From: Tubiluchus corallicola
Taxonomy: Eukaryota > Animalia > Priapulida
NCBI GenBank assembly: GCA_030141605.1
Contig: JAQGDQ010000055.1
Span: 372,001 to 436,000, forward strand
Direction: 5' to 3'
DNA length: 64,000 nt
The position numbers and the translations under genes were made by a program. The notes under the pieces are model-generated. The model searched no databases. It was given only the letters and a program-made list of their open reading frames with translations, and had not been told where the DNA came from. The stretch's first letter is position 1, and every line of letters begins with the position of its first letter. Below, one piece after another: positions 41,862-52,162 of the stretch.

Positions 41862-41990
41862 CTAGGGCTGTTCAGTGGTGCACAACACGGCTTCAGTTGT
41901 TGAGGTGTTCGTGTTGTAAGATGGCGACCAAGGAAGTTGTGGTCTGAACTGCCGCAACAGTATAAAGTATGTGACTAGCAGTCCCAGAGT
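41862..41990 (-). CDS. Gustatory receptor(-like) shared constant exon 3 (TLGLLVTYFILLRQFRPQLPWSPSYNTNTSTTEAVLCTTEQP*)
   Basis: aaaatttcag acceptor, phase 0, TYhhhhhQF superfamily signature (TYFILLRQF), TAG stop. Confidence 0.9.
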   Translation of the reverse strand, partial: TLGLLVTYFILLRQFRPQLPWSPSYNTNTSTTEAVLCTTEQP

Positions 41991-42417
41991 CTGAAATTTT
42001 GAGTACATGTAATTATTATCACGCATGCAATGGCAAAGTTAAGTAAAAAAACAGCTACCTCGTTTGTCAATGTTTATTACTCCGAATGAGTACGTCAGAT
42101 ACTCAGCTTGAGTCCTGGATTACTCAGCTTTAGCAAAGAAACTGCCAAATGTTGCATAGCTTTTTAATTAGTAGTAAAATATTGATATAACTTTATATAA
42201 AATTTAACAATTTGTTTTAAAATTATTAAATTACTAATTATTCGTTTGAAACACTAGTTGTAGGTAATTTTCACTAATGCCTTTGGCCCACTCACCAGCA
42301 GCCCACATTTTACTAAAGGAGCTAGCAATTTCAAATCAATACGTGCTACACTTTACCGGACAAATGGCATTTATTATAAGGCATAGCATGAGATAGTTTA
42401 AGTTTAGCGAAACTTAC

Positions 42418-42507
42418 TGTTAGAACAAATTTTCTGTCTATGGAGTAAAAGTTTGCAGCTGTAAATCCAATCCTTGGGCCACTTAGTCGCTTTACAAACA
42501 GACTGAC
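42418..42507 (-). CDS. Gustatory receptor(-like) shared constant exon 2 (VSLFVKRLSGPRIGFTAANFYSIDRKFVLT)
   Basis: tttttcataatag acceptor, GTAAGT donor, 90 nt, phase 0/0; typical GR pre-TM7 motif FTAxxF(F/Y)xI. Confidence 0.9.
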
Positions 42508-43031
42508 CTATTATGAAAAAACAACAAATGCTGTCAAAATTGCATGCAGTTAATGACTTGAAGAATCGATTCTATTTAAAAAATAAAACGAAAATTTACC
42601 GGCTGGCAAATGTTCAAACTGAAAAAATACAAGAAGTATGCTAATCGATTTGTGGATAATCTGGGTTAAACTTCCAAAATATTTTAGGCTTTATAATTTA
42701 CTTATATACGCTAACAAAGAACGCAGAAAATTTTACACAATAGCAGCCCAGCCGAAACCTGCCATTTGTGAATTCAGTACAACAGTAAGTTTTAGCAGAA
42801 ATTCGAATTTTAATACACTTACTTTTAACACTTATTAATATTGCAAATTTGCAATGCAGTAGTTCATATTAAGATATAAAAATGTTCGTTTCTGAAAACA
42901 CATTTGAACGAAAATATGTAGATAATCAGGGTAACATGAGGTGTCTAAATGTTTGTCCATGGTTTGAACACCACAACTATTTTACCTTTCCTCGAGAGAA
43001 TAAACGCAAAAATATGACAAAACTAGCTTAC

Positions 43032-43100
43032 CTGAAACTGCTGTTCAGGTGTTAATGGAGACTCGTTTATATTATGTAACAGATCAATTGGTTCTTCTGC
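43032..43100 (-). CDS. Gustatory receptor(-like) shared constant exon 1 (AEEPIDLLHNINESPLTPEQQFQ)
   Basis: gcttttgcag acceptor, GTAAGC donor, 69 nt, phase 0/0. Confidence 0.85.
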
Positions 43101-43939
43101 CTGCAAAAGCAACCGTGATCTTTATAGTTAGGCTTAAAAACGAGGCTCGCGATGCAGGCAGATGTATACTTACATGCTTTTTGGAAACTAGATCTGCACG
43201 CGCATGTTATTGACTAGCGTCTATATGCCGTCTAAATAGCTGATTAATCGTCGATACCATAAAATCAGAATTGCTCTACATAAGTTACAAACATAGACAA
43301 ATTGCATGTAAGTTATAATTGTATAAAATAAACACTGAAAGGAAAATAAAATTTCATTGTTCTGTGAAGCACGCATTTTTCAATTGCCATTATTTTGCCC
43401 ATCTTTCCATTTCTTACCTTTCTGCATTCAAATGACCTTTGACCTTGGGTAAAAAATACTGAATTCAATGAACAGTCAGTCAGAGATGATGCTCTTTGAT
43501 TCTTTGTTCTTAATTCTATTGTTTCAGTGGGGGGGGGGGGGGTATGTAAATGACACACTTTTGTATAGTCACAGAAGGTAAAGCAAAACGGGTAAAAAAT
43601 AGACGAAAGCTCTTGATTAGCTTATGTAAGGAACCAAGACTCTACATCTCTTCGCACATTATAACGTGTCTCACTTATTGTTTTACACTTAAACTTTTTA
43701 ATGTATATACGTATATTTAATGACAGAGAAATAAATAAATATATTAACAAATAAAGAAATAACAGTAAGGATGAGCGCGTTTTTATATTCAGTATCAGAA
43801 ATCATTCAATAAAATCATTCTAGGATATTCTGACGATAAAATTACCATGATCCTATTGTTTTGATTTCATTTTATCCAAATAAAAAGTCCAATGAAGTTA
43901 TTAGTTCCACTGTTTGGAGAGCATTTTTATTATACTTAC

Positions 43940-44959
43940 GTTCTCTGTAACATCGTCACTGGTGAAACTGACAATAATCAACCAATAGAAATGACAAAAC
44001 AGTGTGACCGTAATCTGTAATAAAAACTGCCATCCCAGCTTCCAAAAACTCTTTTCGGCAATGATGTACACGCAGAACAAGATGGCCGCAGTGCTGACCA
44101 TTGTACCGCTCATAATGACCGGTCCAAAAGTTTCGTTCGTGTCGCAAGTGAGTTGACAAAGTCGTGCGTGGACAAGCCGATGTTTTCTAATTTCTTTAAC
44201 AGGATTGACTTGGGTGGACATCAAATTGAAGGTTGCTTTAAATTCACTTTTTAACATCAAGGCAAAAACTAGAAATAATGTCATTGCAGCCCATGCATTG
44301 ACGTAATACATGATGCCGAAGAAGAAAGCTACGCCAATGATCATGAGTTGTACCGTCGGTTGCGCTTCATAGTTTGGAAGTTTTGAGGATTCTTTAACGT
44401 ATGTTAAACCCAAAAGAAATGATGTTATACTTCCTAACGTGACGACCATTAACAAAGTTGCAGCTGTTCGGAGTTTTACCATCTTTGACATGCGACGCAG
44501 AGCGTCTCCTTTTTGATTTAGGTAGCTTTCCCAGCTGAGTAACAACTTTTCAATCTTTCGTCGACATTTTAGTACAAAAAGGATGTTTGCAGTTGCCTGA
44601 ATCACCATCACAAAAAACGGCATTTGGATAATTACGTCATCGTATTCATCAGTACTAAATGCTATTGCCAAAAGAAGTGAGAAAGTCGTGCTGATGACAG
44701 AAACGATGTATAAAACAGCGATTAACCAGGAAAGACATCCGCAACACTTGCTATAGGCGTTAAAATTTCCCTTGGTCGAGTATGGCCAACTTCCAAAGAA
44801 CTTCATACACATAAGAAGAGGTCTCAACGCGCTCCAAAATTTCTTCCTGTCTGGGAAGGGCACAATAGAGGAGGTAGATGGCGTTTTGTCAAAAGTAGAA
44901 GAGCTCCATTTGAAGGAGTCAATTTTCCGCGGCTTTGTCACAAAAACGAATTCAGACAT
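43940..44959 (-). CDS. Gustatory receptor(-like) variable first exon D (340 codons, TM1-TM6; isoform 435 aa)
   Basis: ATG 44959; KKFWSALRPLLMCMKFFGSWPYS motif; six hydrophobic segments; ends DDVTEN|GTAAGT, phase 0. Confidence 0.9.
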
Positions 44960-46079
44960 TAGTAATTAAGCTGCTAGTAAATTTCACTGTCTATAAAAGG
45001 GGAATGGTGCCGTCAAGTTTCTACCTGCAATCATGTTGATTTGTAGTTTTTCTCGCACGTTTAACTTTTACTAAAAGCAAGTTTTAGACGATGAGCGAAT
45101 GAAGAACTAAATAAATTCATGAACTGTTTGACTGAATAGCTCTGCAATCAAGGATGTCTCAATACTACAAAATACTCACGAAAGAAGTGGGTTTAAAGTT
45201 TGTCTAACAGGCAAAAAATGACCTGAAATATAGATTCATAGAGAAAAACTAAAATGAATATCAAAGAAGTTAAAAGAAACATGCAGAGGCCTGCAAAATA
45301 GCTACTAATAGCAAATTGGTTAGAAAGGGTAATAACAAAATAGTTAACTAATAACTTAAATCATCCTAGCAATATGATTTAATTATTTGATTGTTTGAAT
45401 TAACTTTTTATCACTTTTGTAATCTTCTTCATTCATATCAAGAAGAAATTGATTAAATATCCCTAATTTTAATTAACAGAAGTGGAAGAGCAGACAATGA
45501 AAACTTTGTCCCTCTAGCAGCCATGCCTTGAACCGCTGCATCTTGCTATGAAATCCTGCCATCCTGCCATTGTTACAACATTTCAATGTCCCGTTCTAAT
45601 GCGTCTAAAACAAGACGGTATTTCCGCGCTTTTGCATGAAACAATGCACTGACTCTGTTCTGTGTTGCTTTGTAATGTGCTGGACTACTTTTCACCACCT
45701 CTTTTCTGACTCATTTAAAAATAAATAGTTATCTAAATAGTTTATACCTTAACGCGGTCGAAATAGTTAATGATAAGAAATACCACAGCAATAACACTTA
45801 AAAAGAGGACTAAACAGAGCAAATATCACGACGCAGCAACGATGGCAATCCAGTAACATGAGTCAACAACAAACAATGCTTGGAATAATGACTGATAATT
45901 TTATGGTAAGTGAAAATTACAGGTCAACGTGTCAGTCATAATCATGTGTGTTCGCAATGTTAAATAATGGATGACAAAGACATTCACCAGACGTTTGCAA
46001 AGATGCCCTCATTTACTAGACTGCCACCACCGTTTTTGCTGATTATATGAATATGTCCATAGAACAAAAAGTTGCTTAC

Positions 46080-47081
46080 GTTTTCAGTGACTTTTCCACA
46101 AACAAAGCACAACGCAGTTAGACAGCAAAGGTGGGCAATCATTATCAAGAAAATCTGCAACAGTAGATGCCAATATGTCTCAAACGTTGCATCCCAATAT
46201 TCCGAGATGGCGTAGAGACTAAATAGTGTGGCAGCGATGTCCACCATAGTGGCAACAGCGACAATTGGCCCGAAAGTATTGTCAGTATCGCAGGTGAGTT
46301 GACAAACTTTCTGATGTGCCTGTCTGTGACTCCCCACCTGCCGGACCAGATCCTTCGCTGCTCTCATCGATTTTGTCACAGCCTTGAATTCACTTCTCAG
46401 TGACAAGGCAAACGCCAGGAAAAGAGATGCAGAAGACCAAGCATTCATGTAGAACATAAAGCTTAGAAGAAAACTTGGAATAGTAGCTAACAACAGGTAG
46501 TAGATTCGAATTTCTGCGATCTGACGTGCATACTCATATCCCACGTAAACTGACGTTCCAGTCGCTAAAATGCTTATCGTCATTAACAAAATTACAGTCA
46601 AGACCTTAACATATTTTGCCAGTTTCTGCAGAAAATCAGGTCTCTGCCATTGCTCCTCAACAACATAGTGTTCCCACTTGACTAGCAGTGTTTGTACCCT
46701 GCGGCCATACACCACGAAGAATATGACGTTAAACGCCGCTTGGACTGCCATGATGAAGAAGGGAAGCTTCAGCACGATGGTTTCAAGAACACCGATCAGT
46801 AGGAACGACAATAAACAAGTGACAATAGAACAAAGATAACATACGCCAACCAACTTCGATGCGAGCAAACAACACGTGTTTCTCATCTGGAAGTTTCCTC
46901 TTGTTGAATAAGGCCAACTTCCAAATACTTTCATGCACAGCAGCAATGGTCGTATGGATGCCCAAAACTTCTTCTTGCCTTCATTTTCTTGTCTCACAAC
47001 GATTGTGGCATCACTAGAAGTAAACGCATTGGACTGTTTTGTTCCCGTTGAGGTTGCTGGTTCTATTTTATAAACTGACAT
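46080..47081 (-). CDS. Gustatory receptor(-like) variable first exon C (334 codons; isoform 429 aa)
   Basis: ATG 47081; KKFWASIRPLLLCMKVFGSWPYS; ends GKVTEN|GTAAGC, phase 0. Confidence 0.9.
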
Positions 47082-47896
47082 TTCTCACAATGGCTCTTCA
47101 ATGACTTTGATCTTCAATTGGAAAGTATCAATCAGTTATACCTGATAAGTGAAATTTTACTGAAGTATTCAACTAATAATATACGTTATGCACGTTAAGC
47201 GGTGTTTCGCATCAGCCGGCATCATAATACTGACAATAGAAATAAAGTAATAAACAAAAACATCTGTACTAAATACACAGCTAGTAAAAGCACATGTAAC
47301 ACAAAAAATTAGACTGCACTGAACAAAAAATTATGAATGTACAGTTTCTGTAACACATTAAACACAATAGACACTCACAGCAAGAAAAAATGCGAATATT
47401 TTTCATAAGTATTTTGCTATATAGTTGCTTTTATAAGTTAATCTGGAATTGGATTTTAATTAATCTGAATTACCCCTAATTTTCGTCAAGTTCTTTGGTT
47501 TTCCTCACATGAAATGTTTCGCTCAACACCTCAAAATGTGTAAAAACCAGGAAAATTAAACTTGGGTAACATAAGCACACAGAAGAAGCGATTTTTGTGA
47601 GGTACTTGTTGACTTTGGATCAGTGGCTTAAGGACAAGAAATTTCTATGAACAATTTGTTACTCAAAACGTTTGTTACTCTTAAATGTTTACGTTGGAAG
47701 CATTAAACAGGCCTGCTGAACAATTTACGCAACTGATAAACTATTCCAAAACTTTGCCTTATATTTGTTTTTTTAAATTCAAGTATTCTAAATCAGTGAC
47801 TGAAGAAGTCTTTGTTACAAGTTTAATTAAATTGTGGTATATGAGCATACTTTTCAAAATAAGTTCCCAAAGCAAATTTGAAGAACTGTACCAAGT

Positions 47897-48240
47897 TGGT
47901 AAATCTAACATTGGTTGTGGTAAATCTAACATTGACAGTGGTAATACTAGCACTGGCACTGGTAAATCTAACATTGGCAGTGGTAAGCCTTAAATTGGCT
48001 GTGGTAAATCTAACATTGGCAGTGGTAAACCTAACATTGGTAGTGGTAAATCTAGTATTGACAGTGGAAATCTAACATTGGCAGTGGCAAATCTAGCATT
48101 GGCAGTAGAAAATCTAGCAATGGCAACAGTAAATCTAGAATTGGCAGTGGTAAATCTAGCATTGGCAGTGGTAAATCTAACATTGACAGTGGTAAATCTA
48201 TCATTGACTGTGATACACCTAACATTGGTAGATAGTAAAT
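47897..48240. repeat. 21-bp minisatellite, ~16 copies (ggtaaatctaacattggcagt)
   Basis: Directly visible; accounts for the repetitive ORFs at 47685-48362. Confidence 0.95.
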
Positions 48241-48326
48241 CCTGGCATAATAGCAATTTTAATAATCGAACCCAGGATCTCAAGTGTAAATTTAAAAGCC
48301 ACAGGATATTAAAATCAGCTGCTTAC

Positions 48327-49349
48327 ATTCTTCGTTACTTGTCCACAGACCCATCCCAGTAGCACCAAGAAGACAATGTGACTGCTCAGAACAATAACAG
48401 TTTCGAAAAACAGGAAAGGTCCCACATCCCAGGTCAGACTAGCGATACGCTCAGCAATGATGTACAGGCAGAAGAGTGCGGCAGAAACATCAATGATGGT
48501 GCCTGTGACTGTGACTAATCCAAACGTGGCGTTGGTGTTATTAACAAACTGACAGACTCGCTGATGGGCATTTCTGTGCTTTTTAATATTGTAAGCAATA
48601 TTTGTGTCGCTTTTTATCGATTCTGTAATAAGTTTAAATTCTCTTGCAAACATAACTGCAAAAGTTATAAGAAGACATAGTGGAGCCCAAGCGTTCACAT
48701 GGAAGAGGCACACTAAACCGAAGACCTTGAGAACCACCATCAAATGTACTTGAAATCCACTGACAGAGTCACACTGCTTGCCCGTGAAGTCGATGCCCAT
48801 GTAAACGGCCGTGGTTACAGCTATTGTACAAATGCCAAGTAGAACAGCCAGAGTCAAAAATTTCACTGTCTTTGAAAGATGTTGTGTAACATCATCTCTT
48901 TCCTGATCCCTTTCTATCACAAACAGCTCCAACTCCTGCAGCAAAGTCTGTATCTCGTATCGAGCTTGAAGTATGAATAGAACGTTTGTAGTCGCCTGCA
49001 GTATTATCAGGAAAAATGGCAACTGAAGTAGGATTTCTCTGTTAGGCACATCGTACAACAAGTAGAGCATTGTCCACACCGTGCCTGCGATGAGGCAACC
49101 AATGTATGCAGATGCCACCGTTCTGGAAAGACACAGACAACATTTGCTGTCGACCTGGAAGTTTCCTTTAGTAGAATATGGCCACGCTCCGCATGTCTTC
49201 ATGCAAAGAAGCAACGGTCTCAAGGAAGACCAAAACTTCCTGTCAGATGACGCTTCAACTTTCACCAACGTGCTGCTGGAAGAATGCGGTTCTATGGTAT
49301 TGTTGGAAATGGATGGCACTACAAATTCGACACTGTGGTTCTGTGGCAT
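48327..49349 (-). CDS. Gustatory receptor(-like) variable first exon B (341 codons; isoform 436 aa)
   Basis: ATG 49349; RKFWSSLRPLLLCMKTCGAWPYS; ends GQVTKN|GTAAGC, phase 0. Confidence 0.9.
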
Positions 49350-50446
49350 TTTCTGTTCTGTTAAAATTAAGAATCGATGAGTGACGGTGGTGGCCAGCCG
49401 AAGGTGCCAAGAGGCTTATACATATTTTCCTTTGTACATTAAAATGTTTCGCGTGCCAAATCTCATTACTGAATTTTGTTGTTCAAATAAAAATCAACAC
49501 AGTTAGTCACATTAGTGAATTTGAAGAACCAATAGTTTAACAGACATCTTTTCACATTTTAAACATAAAGTCCAAAAACATAATCAGTGAACATTATCAG
49601 TGACACACGAGCACACGAAAAGCAAAGTTTATAGTTCGTTGTATTTTGTTGTTTATTTTTATAAATTATTGTTTATTGTAGTACACAAGCCAAATAAGCA
49701 TTTTTAATTTTAAAAATATCCGAATTAAGAAGGCGTGACATGAGATTTCTCTATTTTTCACAGAATCTTTTGCTGACTTTTCTTGGGTAATCATATAGTT
49801 TTATACAGCAATATTTGGTGGGTTTTTTACCATGTAGTATCATATCTAGATTGAGTTATTAACGCACACATAGAGACACAGACCAGATGATGAACAGGAA
49901 AGGCAGTAAAGCAAGAAAAACTTGTTAAGTAGGACGTTGACTAACAAAAAACACTGCTGCGCATGTAGTAATGATAAAGTACATTTAAAGTAGCTATAAA
50001 ATTAAACAAACGCTTCAGACGAGGTGAAAAAATGGGAAGTTTTTTTCCACATTTCATCCCACGGGTTTATGAAATATAATAACAGCCATCAAATCAAAAA
50101 TGATAATAACTTTCCAGGTGTAGCTAATAATAGGTTATAAATGTAAACAAATTAAGTCGAGCACAGAAAGGCAAATTTACCGAGGGAAATAAGCGAAATA
50201 TACCTCAACTCAGTTTCGAAGACGCTTTCCTACACAAGACTCCAAGAAAATATAATTTCTGAATCTGCATATTGGTTCGTGAAATATGTTGAGATTGTTC
50301 TAACAGTAAAACACAACTTTGGAATATCACACATATTATAAGTTCGTTATTTTTATGGCGGATTAAAAATCGATCTCGATCAATTAGTTCCATCAAGCCT
50401 TAAAAGCTTAATTTGTGAGTGAGCCTTCGCTTTGTGTTTTTTTTGC

Positions 50447-50699
50447 GAAGGCCTACGAATATGGAAGGCCTACGCGAATATGAAAGGCCTACACGAATAT
50501 GGAAGGACTACACGAATATGGAAGGCCTACACGAATATGGAAAGTCTACACGAATATGGAAGGCCTGCACGAATACGGAAGGCCTACACGAATATGGAAG
50601 GCCTATACGAATATGGAAGGCCTACACGAATATGGAAAGCCTACACGAATATGGAAGGCCTACACGAATATGGAAAGCCTACATGAGTATGAAAGACCT
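50447..50699. repeat. 19-bp minisatellite, ~13 copies (gaaggcctacacgaatatg)
   Basis: Directly visible; open in all three + frames with a 19-aa period, as expected for a stop-free 19-mer array. Confidence 0.95.
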
Positions 50700-51109
50700 T
50701 TGCCATTCATGGTTCCTGTACAGGTCACATCAAAAATTCATAGCTAATTCTGGGTATCCTGTTTCAAAGAGATAACCTTCATGTAAAATTGATTGTAAAT
50801 TAAATAGCCACTTTAACCAACGGATTAAGTTTTACAGCCTCGGTTAGCAAGATTCACGATTTCTGCTTGGGTAGGCAAAATATCGCAAGAAGATGGAACG
50901 TGCTTCAGTAAAAGCAGCTAAATAGGGCAATAGTGTGACTGTTACTTGTAGCCAAGTGACGTTCGAACGCAAAAGCTTATGTAAACAGCTGAACCAATCA
51001 TACTGAATGTATGCGTATATGCTCGGACTAGCATCAGTAGTGACAAATGTATTACAGTATTAGTAATCTGTGTAAAATAGATCCGTAAGTGTATTGTAAA
51101 AAATCTTAC

Positions 51110-52162
51110 TTTTTCAGTGACCATTCCTGAGCCAATGGACAACGTGGCTAAGAAAAAGAGCTGACCAGTGAGAATCAATCCCACTTGAAACATGGCCAAC
51201 CATCCCATTGCCCGGTAACTGTCTTCTGAGAGGACATACAAGTAAAAAAGTGAAGCGCCAATGCTGACGCTCGTTCCAAGGAATATGACGGTGCCGAACG
51301 CATTGTTGGTTTCAGACGTTAGACAGCTGACACGTTGATGGGCTTGCCTGTGTTTCCCTACCTCATTCACTAGATTCGTTGACTCTTCCATGGATTTCGT
51401 GACCACCTGAAACTCTTTTGCCAAAACGATAACAAATGACATCAGAAGAGCTAATGGCGTCCATGCATCCATGAAGAACAATGATGTCACGACGAATATT
51501 ATTATCATGGCAATCACTATCGCTCCTGTCGGTAAGTCGACATCATCACCGTCATCATAACCTTCAAGCAGGACACTTGGGTCATAATCAAAGCACAAGA
51601 ATGCCGCCGTTGAGAAAGCTAGTATACTGACAATCAGCACAGTACCCGTCGTCATAGCAATTACTTGTATCTTTAATTGGCGTAGAATGTCTCCTCCTTC
51701 TTCGTACCTTTTCGTTGAGTAACGCTCCCACATGAGCAACACGTTTTGAAGATTCTGGCGACAGACTGTAAAAAATACGATGTTTATTGCAGATTGGCAT
51801 GCTGTCATGAGGATGGGCAGTTGTAGCAGTATTGATCCAATGACCTCCTGTCTTTGTTCCTCACCCTGATGAGTGTTAACTATCAGCGATATCACAGAAA
51901 TGAGACCGCCAATACAAGCAATGTAACCCAAAACCATGAGCCTTGACAGAAAAGAGTAACATGGGCGTCGATTGTTGAAGTTACCGCTGATAGAATACGG
52001 CCAAATTCCCACGGCTTTCATGCATATCAACAAGGGCTTCAAGGACGACCAGAACCTTTTCTCTGGATGATCCGCTTGGTTAGATGATTCTGGTGTTGTA
52101 GGTTCGGTCTCCAGATTTACCACACAATTCTCTGGCAAGTTGTTGTTAGATACCTTCGTCAT
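51110..52162 (-). CDS. Gustatory receptor(-like) variable first exon A (351 codons; isoform 446 aa)
   Basis: ATG 52162; KRFWSSLKPLLICMKAVGIWPYS; ends GMVTEK|GTAAGA, phase 0. Confidence 0.9.

Noticed and set aside
47685-48362. Repetitive ORFs (VVNLTLA.., MLDLP..)
   Set aside because: Products of the 21-bp minisatellite, open in several frames on both strands
50419-50775. Three overlapping repetitive ORFs / CRISPR-like look
   Set aside because: Head-to-tail 19-mer with no unique spacers, no cas genes, eukaryotic context
43901-52162. Four independent single-exon receptor genes as given by the ORF track
   Set aside because: Each lacks TM7. Similarity stops exactly at a shared GTAAG donor, and the ORF tails beyond it are unrelated intron read-through
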